A stretch of 64,000 nt of DNA from Rhodothermales bacterium (GTDB lineage Bacteria > Bacteroidota > Rhodothermia > Rhodothermales > VXPQ01). Shown piece after piece: positions 17,955-28,194 of this stretch (its first letter is position 1; every line of letters begins with the position of its first letter). The stretch covers positions 31,406-95,405 of the forward strand of contig JAJDWX010000042.1 of the NCBI GenBank assembly GCA_022825385.1, read 5' to 3'. The notes under the pieces are model-generated. The model was not told the DNA's origin. It saw nothing but the letters and a program-made list of their open reading frames with translations, and made no database searches. Both the position numbers and the translations under genes were made by a program.

Positions 17955-19109
17955 ATGAAAATCGGCATACTGACCGGGGGCGGCGACGTGCCTGGCCTGA
18001 ACCCCTGCATCAAGGCGGTTGCCCTGCGGGGCATGGAGCAAGGAAACGAAGTCGTTGGCATTCGGCGCGGATGGGGCGGTTTGCTCTGGATGGACCGGAA
18101 TGACCCGGCCACGATAGACAAGTATACGGTCGCGCTGGATTTTCCAACCGTACGCAAGATCGACCGCAGCGGCGGCACCGTGCTCCATACGAGCCGCGTC
18201 AATCCGGGTCGCGTGTCGCCGAACGACGTGCCTGGTTTTTTGCAGGGAACCGCCGAGGCGACAGCGGAGGGCACGTTCGATTTTACGGCCCATGCGATCG
18301 CGAATCTGAAGCATCTTGGCATAGACATGCTCATTCCCATCGGGGGAGACGATACGCTGAGTTACGGCGAACGCCTGCATCGGGAAGGGTTTCCGGTCGT
18401 GGCCATTCCCAAGACGATGGACAACGACGTATACGGCACGGATTATTGCATCGGGTTCGGGACGGCGGTTACCCGGAGCGTCAAATTCATTCACCAGCTT
18501 CGCACCAGCACGGGTTCCCATGAGCGCATCGCGGTGATCGAACTTTTCGGAAGAAATTCGGGCCAAACCAGCCTCATCAGCTCGTATCTCGCCGGGGTAG
18601 ACCGGGCGCTGATCTCCGAGGTGCCGTTCGATCCGGAGAAACTGGCGGGCCTCGTCATGGAAGACAAGCGCGCCAATCCAAGCAGGTACGCCATGGTGAC
18701 GATCAGCGAGGGCGCGTATATGATCGGGGGCGAGGTGATAGAAAGCGGGGAAGCCGATCCGTACGGGCACCGGAAGCTGGGCGGCATCGGAGAAGCCACG
18801 GGCGCGGCGCTGAGCAAGATTACGGGCGAGAAGATTGTGTTGCAGTCCTTTGCGTACCTGATGCGCTCGGGTCCGCCCGACGCGCTCGACCTGATGGTCG
18901 GCCTGAACTACGCCAACATGGCGATGGACCTGCTCGGAGGCGGCGCCAGCGGCAGGATGGTGGCCTTGCGGGGCGGCGTGTACACGCACATTCCCATGGA
19001 CGAGGTCACCACGGGCGTGAAGCGCGTGGACGTGGAAGAACTCTACGACCTGGACGCCTATCGTCCGAAGGTGCACCATGTGCTGAACAAGCCCATGTTC
19101 CTGTATTGA
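17955..19109 (+). CDS. pfkA: 6-phosphofructokinase (PfkA family; GGDD signature suggests PPi dependence)
   Basis: [32 protein letters not shown]. Confidence 0.88.
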   Translation: MKIGILTGGGDVPGLNPCIKAVALRGMEQGNEVVGIRRGWGGLLWMDRNDPATIDKYTVALDFPTVRKIDRSGGTVLHTSRVNPGRVSPNDVPGFLQGTAEATAEGTFDFTAHAIANLKHLGIDMLIPIGGDDTLSYGERLHREGFPVVAIPKTMDNDVYGTDYCIGFGTAVTRSVKFIHQLRTSTGSHERIAVIELFGRNSGQTSLISSYLAGVDRALISEVPFDPEKLAGLVMEDKRANPSRYAMVTISEGAYMIGGEVIESGEADPYGHRKLGGIGEATGAALSKITGEKIVLQSFAYLMRSGPPDALDLMVGLNYANMAMDLLGGGASGRMVALRGGVYTHIPMDEVTTGVKRVDVEELYDLDAYRPKVHHVLNKPMFLY

Positions 19110-19179
19110 GGCGAGGGCGCGCCGGTCGAACAGATCTTCGACCCGCGTACGCCGCCGGGGCGTGGCGTCCGATAACGCT

Positions 19180-19959
19180 ATGGGACAACTGGTCAAGGAT
19201 AAGGTCATCCTCGTTACCGGCTCGACGACGGGCATCGGGGAATACGCCGCCCGCCGCATTGTCGCCGAGGGCGGAAAGGTCATGATTCATGGGCGGAACG
19301 CCCGCCGCGCCGCGGCGCTTGCGGAAGAACTGGGTGCCGCCGCCGATTTTGCGCTGGGCGATTTGCAGGATCCGGCGGTGGCCGCGCATCTGGTCGAGGC
19401 TGCCGCCGAGCGATTCGGGCGCCTGGACGCGCTTGTGAACAATGCGGCGCTTCTGACGCGCTCCAGTCTTGATACGGCGTCGGTCGAACTTTTCGACCGG
19501 CAAGTCGCCGTGAATTTGCGGGCGCCGCTGCTGCTTGCGCAGGCTGCCGTATCCCGGTTCAGGAAACAGGGGGGCGGGGGCCATATCCTGAACGTGGGCT
19601 CCATCAATGCGCTGGGCGGCGAGCGCAATCTCCTGGTCTATTCGATGACGAAAGGGGGCCTCATGACGATGACGCGCAACCTTTCGGCGTATCTGGCCAG
19701 CGAGGGCATCCGCGTCAATCAAATCAACGCCGGCTGGACGCTTACGGAAAACGAGAAAAAGATCAAAGTCGAGGACGGGTCCGAAGAAGGCTGGTGGGAG
19801 CGCATTCCGCTCGAACATGCGCCATCCGGTCGCATTTTCGCTCCCGAAGAAGCGGCGGCGCACATTGTGTTCTGGCTTTCGGATCAGGCGGGGCCCGTCA
19901 ATGGCTCCGTTTTCGAAATCGAGCAGTGGCCGCTCGTGGGGCAGAACGCGTCCAAGTAG
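19180..19959 (+). CDS. Short-chain dehydrogenase/reductase
   Basis: TGSTTGIG, LVNNAA, YSMTK. Confidence 0.9.
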   Translation: MGQLVKDKVILVTGSTTGIGEYAARRIVAEGGKVMIHGRNARRAAALAEELGAAADFALGDLQDPAVAAHLVEAAAERFGRLDALVNNAALLTRSSLDTASVELFDRQVAVNLRAPLLLAQAAVSRFRKQGGGGHILNVGSINALGGERNLLVYSMTKGGLMTMTRNLSAYLASEGIRVNQINAGWTLTENEKKIKVEDGSEEGWWERIPLEHAPSGRIFAPEEAAAHIVFWLSDQAGPVNGSVFEIEQWPLVGQNASK

Positions 19960-20122
19960 CCGCGCCTGTTCGCCGCATTTTTCCGAAGCGCCCTGCGGAC
20001 GCAGGGCCGCCCGCCCGGATATACCCCCGATTCCTGAGGAAAATATGCAAGATCGGGGTTGTTTTTTTATAATGTTTTATATAATTTACAATAAGAAACA
20101 TATTATTCATTACATAAGACAA

Positions 20123-20455
20123 ATGAAATCTGCCGCAAACCATACCATGCCCCGTGTCGCTCGGGAAAGCCTGGCCAAACTTGGCGAAGATATTGCCGTG
20201 GCCCGCAAAAAGCGCCGAATATCCACCGTTTCCATGGCGGAGCGCGCTTTTATAAGCCGGGGTACGCTTTACAAACTGGAGCGAGGCGATCCCAGCGTAT
20301 CCATGGGCATGTACGCCACCGTACTCGCTATTCTTGGTTTGGCCGAAGGATTGGGGAATGTGGCTGATCGTCGGGACGATACGCTTGGACTGGACGTCGA
20401 GGAAGACCGCCTGCCCAGGCGCATCGCGTACCCCCGTCGCCGGAAACGCCCATGA
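20123..20455 (+). CDS. XRE-family HTH protein, HipB-like antitoxin
   Basis: LGEDIAVARKKRRIS...MAERAFISRGTLYKLERGDPSVSMG; ATGA overlap with hipA. Confidence 0.85.
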   Translation: MKSAANHTMPRVARESLAKLGEDIAVARKKRRISTVSMAERAFISRGTLYKLERGDPSVSMGMYATVLAILGLAEGLGNVADRRDDTLGLDVEEDRLPRRIAYPRRRKRP

Positions 20456-21669
20456 GCGATGCCATTGAGGTGCATATCGACTGTGGCGAGCAAACCTGTC
20501 TGGTCGGGTGGTGCCGTTACTTTGGCCGGCGCGGAAGGCCCAGTTCGGTTTTTGAATATGCAAACGAATGGCTGACCAGGCCGAATGCCTTCGCCATCGA
20601 TCCGGCGAATCTGCCGCTTCAAACCGGTCCGTTTTATACTTCGTCGGAAAAATCGGCGTTGCCGGGTGCGCTGCGCGATACCGCGCCCGACCGCTGGGGG
20701 CGATTGCTTGCCCGGCGCGCGCTTCGCAAGCAAGGTCGGTCGCGCACGCTGTCGGAAATCGATTACTTGCTTGCCATTACAGACAGGGCCCGCACCGGTG
20801 CCCTGCGTTACCGCCGCGAGGGAGAAGAGGCTTTCGACCAGGGCCAAACAACTGGGCGCGTACCGCCCGTTTTCCGCTTATCGGCGCTGCTGAACGCCGC
20901 CGACGCCATTCATGGCCATACCGAGGAGGCAGAAGACATACGGTTGTTGTTGCATGCAGGCTCGCCCATTGGCGGCGCTCGCCCAAAATCGGTCGTCGAG
21001 GACAAGGACGGCGCCTTGTCCATTGCCAAGTTTCCCAAGCCCGACGATTTGCGCAGCATTCCGCATGGAGAAGTACTGGCCATGACACTGGCCCGCCAGG
21101 CCGGAATACGGGTTTCGGAGGCTCGCCTGGAGGATGTCGCCGGAAGGCCAGTCGCGCTTATAAAACGGTTTGACAGATGCGGCCGGCGACGCATTCCGTT
21201 TTTGTCGGCTATGAGTTTGTTGGGCCTTCAGGATGGCGACGTCGCCACATACATAGACATTGCCGAATGCCTTCGCGTTTGGTCCAGCGCCCCAACCGAA
21301 GACCTGCACGAATTGTGGCGGCGGATCGTATTCAATGTCTTGGTTGGCAACCTCGACGATCATTTGCGCAACCACGGATTCCTGTACGACGGGCGGGGGG
21401 CGTGGCGTCTGGCGCCCGCCTACGATCTCAATCCGGTGCCTGTAGAGGAGAAAGCGCGGGAATTGACCACCTGGATTTCGGAAGAAGGGCCGGAGGCGAG
21501 CGTGGAGCAAGCCCGCAGGGCCGCTTCGCATTTTGCCTTGAAAAGCGATCAGGCGGATACTATTCTCGCCGAGGTGTCGGCGGCGCTGAAAAACTGGCGC
21601 AAGATTGCGCGACAATTGGGCATGTGCGCGCCGGACATCGGCGCGTACGCTTCGGCGTTTGGAGAATAA
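20452..21669 (+). CDS. hipA: HipA family kinase toxin
   Basis: PDRWG, GSPIGGARPK, IAKFP, GNLDDHLRNHGF, LAPAYDLNP. Confidence 0.9.
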   Translation: MSDAIEVHIDCGEQTCLVGWCRYFGRRGRPSSVFEYANEWLTRPNAFAIDPANLPLQTGPFYTSSEKSALPGALRDTAPDRWGRLLARRALRKQGRSRTLSEIDYLLAITDRARTGALRYRREGEEAFDQGQTTGRVPPVFRLSALLNAADAIHGHTEEAEDIRLLLHAGSPIGGARPKSVVEDKDGALSIAKFPKPDDLRSIPHGEVLAMTLARQAGIRVSEARLEDVAGRPVALIKRFDRCGRRRIPFLSAMSLLGLQDGDVATYIDIAECLRVWSSAPTEDLHELWRRIVFNVLVGNLDDHLRNHGFLYDGRGAWRLAPAYDLNPVPVEEKARELTTWISEEGPEASVEQARRAASHFALKSDQADTILAEVSAALKNWRKIARQLGMCAPDIGAYASAFGE

Positions 21670-21844
21670 CGACGCCCTGCTCCTTACCGCCGACGAAGCG
21701 CTCCGTTGTATTGCGCGGCGCCGCAACGCGTGAGGGGCGTCGCCCGCTTTGCTTCGTCGCAAAACAAGACAGGCGTTGCCCGGTTAGTATCTTCTGTTTG
21801 CGCCCTTTTCATCGCGTTGTATCGTTCTTGCAGGTATTTCCGAT

Positions 21845-22390
21845 TTGTCCAGACACCGTTCCATAGACGCCGCTCTCGTTCTGCAAGCGCGGGACGGCGA
21901 CGATGCGGCGTTCGAGGCGATCGTGAAACAACTCGATCCTGTGTTGCGCGCCTGGTTCGTATCGCGGATCGGGCAGCGGGCGGCCGTGGACGATCTGGTG
22001 CAGAACACGCTGCTGCGTCTGCACCGGAGTCTCCCGGATTTGCAGGACCCCGAGCGGTTGCAGGCGTTTGCTATGAAGGCGGCGCTGTTCGAAACGCAGG
22101 ATTACTATCGGGGGCGCTATGGTCCCCGGGAATACCTTGCGGAGCCGGATGCTTTGTCGGCATGGAGCGAGGCGGTTCCGGAGGCGGACCTGCGCCTCGA
22201 CGCGGAGCAAGCGCTGAGCCTGCTCGGCGAGAAGGCGCGTACGATTCTGGAAATGCGCGAATACGGCTATCGCTATGCGGAAATCGCCCGCTCGCTCGGC
22301 ACCACGGAAGCCGCCGTGAAAATGCAGGTGCAGCGCGCGCTTCGCAAGCTGCGCAAGGCGCTTGAAGAATCGCCCGGAGGAGACGCCTGA
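21845..22390 (+). CDS. ECF RNA polymerase sigma-70 factor
   Basis: GDDAAFEAIV, DDLVQNTLL (region 2), YRYAEIARSLGTTEAAVKMQVQRA (region 4). Confidence 0.88.
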   Translation: MSRHRSIDAALVLQARDGDDAAFEAIVKQLDPVLRAWFVSRIGQRAAVDDLVQNTLLRLHRSLPDLQDPERLQAFAMKAALFETQDYYRGRYGPREYLAEPDALSAWSEAVPEADLRLDAEQALSLLGEKARTILEMREYGYRYAEIARSLGTTEAAVKMQVQRALRKLRKALEESPGGDA

Positions 22391-22549
22391 TTCGCCGCGC
22401 GCCCGGACGGCGCTCCGCCCGTTTCGCTCCATGGGCAATTTTCTGTACGCTCCGGCCCGTTTTTTTCTTTCAGGCAGCGCGTTACTTTTTCGATCTCCAC
22501 AGCGGCTTAACAGAAAGTCAACGCACCGCTCTATGCCCGCATTTGATTC

Positions 22550-23779
22550 GTGCCTTCGTCGTTCGAACATATTGCCGCCATCGCATTGTATTGCGACCTG
22601 ACCCCGGAACGGGCCATGGAATTGCAAGATATTATGGCCTCCGATCCTGCTACCCTTGCGCTCTTCCGGGAATGGCGCGCCGTACGTACGTTGCTGGCCC
22701 GCGAAGTCGGGCGGGCAGACGCGAATTTGGGGGAATTCGCTCTGTTCGCAATGTACGAATGCGGGCGAGCGGATGCGTTGACCGATTCCGAACGGTCCCG
22801 GGCCGAAGAAGTCGCGCCGGCGTTTCGGCGCATGCTTGCGAATAGCCCCGGCATGGCGGCCGTAGCCGGCGACATACGCCGCGACATGGAGGACTTCGAG
22901 GCGCACTGGGCGTCCTGGTTCGCGCCGGAAGCGCCTTCTCTGTCGCGTGCGTTTTCTGTCCGCGCCGTTCCGTCCGTTCGCGCAGACCGCTCCGCCCGCC
23001 CCGCCCGTCCTCTTCAGCGCGTAGCCGCTTCCGGGTCGCGGCGGCGCTTTTTGCAGGCGGGCGTCGGCCTCGTAGCCGCCGCGTTGCTCGCTGCGCTGGG
23101 GGTTTTTCTGTGGCCGTCCGCTTTGCCGGACGTCGTAACGATTCAGACCGCCGCCGCAGAGGTTCGCCTGGTCGAGTTGCCCGACGGCTCCGTCGCGCGC
23201 CTACTCGGCGATTCCCGCGTAACGTATTCGCCCGCCGGGACGAGCCCGGAATGGGCGCGCAGCATAGCCTTCGAGGGCCGGGCCTTTTTCGATATTGCGC
23301 CGCGCGACGATGCGTTCCTGCTGGTTACGCCGGATGCGGAGGTCGCCGTGCTTGGCACGTCCTTTGGGGCGCATACCGCCGACGACGGGACGGAAATCGT
23401 GCTGGTCGAAGGCAAGGTGCGGATGCGCGCCCGTTATGGCGCAGACGGCGCGGACCCGTCCGTTGTGCTCGGTCCCGGCCAGATGAGCCGCATGGCGGCG
23501 GGCGTTCCCTCCGATCCGGTATCCGTGCGGGTTCATGAACGGCTTGCCTGGACGGGGCTGTTCCTGTTTCGTACTACGCCGGTGCGCGACATCCTTCCGG
23601 TGCTTTCCGCGCACTACGGCGCGGCGATTTCGGCGGAGGAATCCTTGCTCGACGAACAGGTAACGGGCCGGTTCGCGCAGGACGAACCGCTGGCCGAAAC
23701 GCTGGACATCGTTGCGCTGGCTATCGGCGCTGCGGTCGAGGCGGACGCCGCAGGATACCGCATCGTATCTTCCCGCTGA
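22550..23779 (+). CDS. FecR-family anti-sigma/signal transducer
   Basis: TM segment followed by LPDGS, EGRAFFDI, VAVLGTSF, LVEGKV; follows the ECF sigma gene. Confidence 0.85.
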   Translation: MPSSFEHIAAIALYCDLTPERAMELQDIMASDPATLALFREWRAVRTLLAREVGRADANLGEFALFAMYECGRADALTDSERSRAEEVAPAFRRMLANSPGMAAVAGDIRRDMEDFEAHWASWFAPEAPSLSRAFSVRAVPSVRADRSARPARPLQRVAASGSRRRFLQAGVGLVAAALLAALGVFLWPSALPDVVTIQTAAAEVRLVELPDGSVARLLGDSRVTYSPAGTSPEWARSIAFEGRAFFDIAPRDDAFLLVTPDAEVAVLGTSFGAHTADDGTEIVLVEGKVRMRARYGADGADPSVVLGPGQMSRMAAGVPSDPVSVRVHERLAWTGLFLFRTTPVRDILPVLSAHYGAAISAEESLLDEQVTGRFAQDEPLAETLDIVALAIGAAVEADAAGYRIVSSR

Positions 23780-23892
23780 GCCGCCAGCTTTTTTGATTGA
23801 GCGGTTGCCTTGGGCTCGGGGCGATTTGCATTCCGCTCAGAAAATTTTCCGGGGACTTGACCTTGCTGTTTCCGTAACTGCATCATTGTGGC

Positions 23893-24498
23893 ATGTATCG
23901 CGTTCGTATTTTGCCCGTTTTTTTCGTTCTGATCTTGTTTCCGGCCTCGGTCCAGTCCCAGGAGATGCGAAAGGAATACTTTTTTTCTATTTCCGCCGGG
24001 TCTGAATCTTCCATCGTGCGTCTGAAATCTCCCCTTGAACTGGGCAGTGTGCCCCCTGATCAGGTAAAATACGATTATACCAGTCGCCTGAATCCTCTTC
24101 TGACGCTTAATCTGAAGGTTGCCGACGGCATTCACGCCGTGTCCCAGGTAACCTTTACCAGAATAACGGAGCCGCTTCTTGGGGCCTCTTCCTTCACGCA
24201 AATATGGACTATTATGGGAGGCGTCAGATTGCAGAGTAAAGGCTCTCCTTTGTATCTGAACTTGCTTGGCGGATTAAATACGCATGTGTACGATATACAG
24301 AGACTCAGTTCGCCAGAAGCGCTTGTGTCCAGATCGCGAAGTTTCGTTCTTGGCGGAAACGCCAATCTTTCCCTGATGACTTTGCCGAACGGAAAGTTTT
24401 TTGTTTCCGCGGGCGCCAGGCGCGCGTTTCATGAAGACACCGGATATGTTTCCTATTATGTTCGGGCGGGCCTGGAAATCGTTTTGATTCGCCAGTGA
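23893..24498 (+). CDS. Hypothetical exported protein, possible small outer-membrane beta-barrel
   Basis: Signal peptide (ILFPASVQSQ), alternating beta-strand pattern, YYVRAGLEIVL near the C-terminus; visibly lower GC than flanks. Confidence 0.6.
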   Translation: MYRVRILPVFFVLILFPASVQSQEMRKEYFFSISAGSESSIVRLKSPLELGSVPPDQVKYDYTSRLNPLLTLNLKVADGIHAVSQVTFTRITEPLLGASSFTQIWTIMGGVRLQSKGSPLYLNLLGGLNTHVYDIQRLSSPEALVSRSRSFVLGGNANLSLMTLPNGKFFVSAGARRAFHEDTGYVSYYVRAGLEIVLIRQ

Positions 24499-24609
24499 AA
24501 GTAGCAGTCCCGCGGATTTTCGAGGGCGGGACGCCTTCGTTCCCGGAAGGCTTTTTGCGAAAAGGGCGCGGAAAGTGTCGCGTCCGGGGGGAAATCGGTA
24601 TCTTGGGGC

Positions 24610-27231
24610 GTGCGCTGGCTGTTCGTCATATCCTTTTTGCTGCTGTCGCCGCTCTCGGCGGCGGGGCAAACCATTCGCATTGAGGCGGAAGAAGCGCCGT
24701 TGCGCGAGGCGCTGCTTGCCGTGCGGGACCAGGCTGGCGTCGATATTGTGTTCTCGGAGGCGCTGGTCCAGGGTCGCCGTACGGCGTGCGCGTACGAAGG
24801 GACCTCCGTGGAAGCGGCCCTTGCGTGCGTTCTTGGCCCGGTCGCGCTCGAAGCGCAGCGCGTTCGCCGCAAACAATACGTGGTGGTGCGCGCTTCCGGC
24901 CCGGCCTCCGAACAAACTGCCCGCCAGTGGACCTTGCGCGGATTCGTGCGGGACAGGGAAACCGGCGAAGCGTTGCCCGGCGCGCATATTTACCTTTCCG
25001 AGTTGCGCATCGGGGGGGTAACGAACAACGCCGGGTATTTCGCGCTGTCGTCCCTGCCGCCGGGGGCGTATTCGGCGCAGGTTTCTTTCTTGGGGTATGC
25101 GACCGGAGAACAGCAGGTTGCGGAAACGGCGGCCCCGGTTATCCTGTCGCTTGCTCCGCTGGCCCTTGAAGGAGGCGGGATTGTGGTGGAAGACGAACGG
25201 GCAGACTATGCGGTGGCCGCCGCGTCCCCGGGCTTGCTTAGAGAATCGGTTCGTCGCCTCGAACGACTGCCCTCTTTTCCCGGGGAATCGGATCTTTTCC
25301 AGGCCCTCCAGCACTTTCCGGGCATCCGCAAGACGGGCGAACTGCACGGCGGCATGCTGATTCGCGGCGCTTCTCCGGATCAGAACCTGTATATGCTGGA
25401 CGGCGCGCCCGTGTACCATCCCTGGCACGCGTTCAGTCTCATTTCTATTTTCCAGACCGAAACGTTCAAGGACATCAAACTGTACCGAGGCTCGTTTCCC
25501 GTGCAATACGGGGGGAGGATATCGTCGGTGCTGGACGCGCAGATGAAGGACGGATCGCAACAGGAACCCCGCGCGCTCATGGCGGCGAGTCCGCTTAGCG
25601 GCCGCATGGTGATCGAATCGCCGGTTACCGCCAACAGTTCGTTCATGGCGGCGGCGCGCAGGTCCTATCTCGACAAGATTATTGGCCGCGAGCATCCTGT
25701 GGAGAATGCGGAAGGGCGCCGGGACACGCTTCGCACGGGATACCATTTCTACGATGCGAGCGCAAAATATACGCACCGGTTCAGGGGCGGGGACCGGCTT
25801 TCGGTCAGTTATTACCAAGGCGGCGACGACCTTGATTTGCGCCTGCCCTTCGATTTGTCGCTGGATTTTTCGTCCTGGCTTCGCCCGGCGGATCTTTTCT
25901 TCGAGGTGGCGCAGCATTGGCGCAACCGGTTGATCAGCGCGCGCTACCAGCGCCTGTTCTCCGAGCGTTTTTTCGTTACCGGCACGGCGTATCTGTCCAC
26001 GTACGACGCGCGCGAAAGCACCTTGCTGCGCCCCACGATTTCGGCGGTCATGCAATCTGATTACCAGGTGGATCTGCAGGATGCGGGCGCGAAGATCGAC
26101 ATAGAGTATTTCCAATCCGTTTCCCACCGGATACAGGTGGGTATGCAAGCCGGCGTACGCGATTTTTCCTCGTCGCTCAATGCGATCATCCGTCGTTCTG
26201 CGGGCGCGGTGGACCGGCATGCGCAGACGAACGAGGCGACGGCGCCTGAACTGGCCCTGTACGCGCAGGATGTGTGGCGGTTGAACGAGCGCTGGATCGT
26301 CCATCCGGGCGTACGGCTCAATGTGTTCGGGACCGGGTTGCGCACGGATGTGAGTCCGAGCCTTGCGCTGGAGCATGTCGTGGCTCCGCGGCGCTTGCGC
26401 TTGCGCGCCGGGGCAGGTCGAACCATGCAATATCTGCACCGATTGCGCGATCGGTACGCCTTTACGTACGACCTGGTGACAAGCCGCTGGATTCCGGCCA
26501 GCGAAGATATTGCGCCGTCCTCCGGCTATCAGGGTTCCGTAGGGGTGGAGAGCAGGCCCTGGCGGGGGGTAACGCTCCAGGGAGATATATACTGGCGCCA
26601 TGTAACGGACGTCTTGCTTCCGGAAGACGAGTTCCGCAGCAAGAACGAACTGGTGGGGCCCGGGATCGACGTGGGCGAGTTGCTTGGACAGTACGTACGG
26701 GGCAATGCGCGGGCGTACGGGGTGGAGCTTGCCGCCGAGGCGGACCGGGGCCCCTGGTCCGTTCGCCTGAACTATGCGGGGGGACGGTCCCTGACGCGCT
26801 CTCCTTCGCTGGGGGAAGCGTCGTTTCGGCCCGCCCGATACGACGTACCCCGCTCCGTGGGCGTCCTGGCGGCGCGAGAACTTGGAAAATGGCGCGTCCT
26901 TTCCATTCTGGAGGCGCGCAGCGGATATCCGACGACCGTGCCCGTCGCGCAGTACGCCATAGGCGATCCGCTGGACGCAACGGATCGGTATTTGTACCGG
27001 CCCTACCTGAACAATGGGCGCCTGCCGCCCTATTTTCGGCTGGATATTGCTGCGGAGCGGCGTTTCCGGGCGCTGGGAGCCTCCTGGTTTGCCCGTTTGC
27101 ATTTGTACAACGTGACGAATCGCCGCAATGTGACGGCGCGGCAGTATATTCCCTCGGATCAGGGCATGGAAATTCAGGATCGGCGCGGTTTGCCCATCCT
27201 GCCCCTGTTCGAAATCAGGATGCAACTATGA
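24610..27231 (+). CDS. TonB-dependent receptor with N-terminal signalling (STN-like) and carboxypeptidase-regulatory-like domains
   Basis: Signal peptide; ETGEALPGAHI, GESDLFQALQHFPG, IRGASPDQNLYMLDG, YFRLD, YNVTNRRN. Confidence 0.9.
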   Translation: MRWLFVISFLLLSPLSAAGQTIRIEAEEAPLREALLAVRDQAGVDIVFSEALVQGRRTACAYEGTSVEAALACVLGPVALEAQRVRRKQYVVVRASGPASEQTARQWTLRGFVRDRETGEALPGAHIYLSELRIGGVTNNAGYFALSSLPPGAYSAQVSFLGYATGEQQVAETAAPVILSLAPLALEGGGIVVEDERADYAVAAASPGLLRESVRRLERLPSFPGESDLFQALQHFPGIRKTGELHGGMLIRGASPDQNLYMLDGAPVYHPWHAFSLISIFQTETFKDIKLYRGSFPVQYGGRISSVLDAQMKDGSQQEPRALMAASPLSGRMVIESPVTANSSFMAAARRSYLDKIIGREHPVENAEGRRDTLRTGYHFYDASAKYTHRFRGGDRLSVSYYQGGDDLDLRLPFDLSLDFSSWLRPADLFFEVAQHWRNRLISARYQRLFSERFFVTGTAYLSTYDARESTLLRPTISAVMQSDYQVDLQDAGAKIDIEYFQSVSHRIQVGMQAGVRDFSSSLNAIIRRSAGAVDRHAQTNEATAPELALYAQDVWRLNERWIVHPGVRLNVFGTGLRTDVSPSLALEHVVAPRRLRLRAGAGRTMQYLHRLRDRYAFTYDLVTSRWIPASEDIAPSSGYQGSVGVESRPWRGVTLQGDIYWRHVTDVLLPEDEFRSKNELVGPGIDVGELLGQYVRGNARAYGVELAAEADRGPWSVRLNYAGGRSLTRSPSLGEASFRPARYDVPRSVGVLAARELGKWRVLSILEARSGYPTTVPVAQYAIGDPLDATDRYLYRPYLNNGRLPPYFRLDIAAERRFRALGASWFARLHLYNVTNRRNVTARQYIPSDQGMEIQDRRGLPILPLFEIRMQL

Positions 27232-28169
27232 CGTTTCGGGCAAAGCGCGAGAAAAAGGGCGTCTGGGCAGGCATGTTGTGCGCGTGTCTTGCCGCGGCGG
27301 GGTGCGATACGGTCGCTCCGGTGAACGAGGGGCAGGTCGTCGTGGAGGGTTTTCTCGACGCCGGACAGCCTTTGCAACCCATTATGGTGCGTCGGACCTT
27401 GTCGCCCCAGGGGCCTTACGATATGGCGCGAGCGGGCGTTGCGGACGCCGAGGTGGAAGTGACGCTGGGGGACAAGGTTGTGCGGTATGCGCCGGATCCT
27501 GGACAGGCCGGGCGGTACGTTCCGTCGGGGAACGGGGCGGGCCTGGTCGCTGCCGGAGACGCGTTCTCGTTCCGCGTTGGTTGGCGGGATGCGACGGTAA
27601 CGGCGTTCGGGCACGTTCCCCCCGAAATAGCCATCCGCGACGTATCGCTGAAGATTCCGTCGGAGCCTGTTTCGGCAGTGTTGCTTGACTCGCTGGCGTT
27701 GTCGGATACGCTGGCGACGGGCGCCTATACCGGATACATTTATCCCATCGAGGCCACGATCAAATGGGTTGCGCCAGAAGAGGGGGCGTTTTCGGAAGAA
27801 CTCTGGGTGCGGGCGCAATTGCAGCCGTTCACCACGTTTTCTTCGCCCATTGTGGACCTGTTTTTGCGTTCCGACGATGTGTTTCGGGAGCAAGCGCGGC
27901 AAACCGAGGCAGCGGAGAGGTCCTGGGCCGGGGTATACGCTGTCAGCGTATCCGGGGAAAACGATCCCTTGCCGGAACATGGCCTGCGCGTTTCGCTGGT
28001 GCGATCCGGAGCGGATTACGCCCGGTTCGCTGCCAGCCGGGACGATCCGGATCGGCGCGAACCCCTTTCCAATGTTACGGGCGGCATAGGCGTTTTTGCG
28101 GCGGTTTCGGTCGATTCCGTGCATGTTCAGGTGGATCAGGCCGGGGAATCGGTCTCGCTGCCGCAGTAG
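27228..28169 (+). CDS. Lipoprotein associated with the TonB receptor (DUF4249-like)
   Basis: ATGA overlap with the receptor; lipobox AAGC; VVVEGFL, SNVTGGIGVF. Confidence 0.75.
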   Translation: MTFRAKREKKGVWAGMLCACLAAAGCDTVAPVNEGQVVVEGFLDAGQPLQPIMVRRTLSPQGPYDMARAGVADAEVEVTLGDKVVRYAPDPGQAGRYVPSGNGAGLVAAGDAFSFRVGWRDATVTAFGHVPPEIAIRDVSLKIPSEPVSAVLLDSLALSDTLATGAYTGYIYPIEATIKWVAPEEGAFSEELWVRAQLQPFTTFSSPIVDLFLRSDDVFREQARQTEAAERSWAGVYAVSVSGENDPLPEHGLRVSLVRSGADYARFAASRDDPDRREPLSNVTGGIGVFAAVSVDSVHVQVDQAGESVSLPQ

Positions 28170-28194
28170 CGCATGGCTCGAAGAGCGGATTCCC

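Noticed and set aside
24274-27225. 983-aa minus-strand ORF
   Set aside because: Shadow of the TonB-dependent receptor; Arg/Pro/His-rich with no domain signal.
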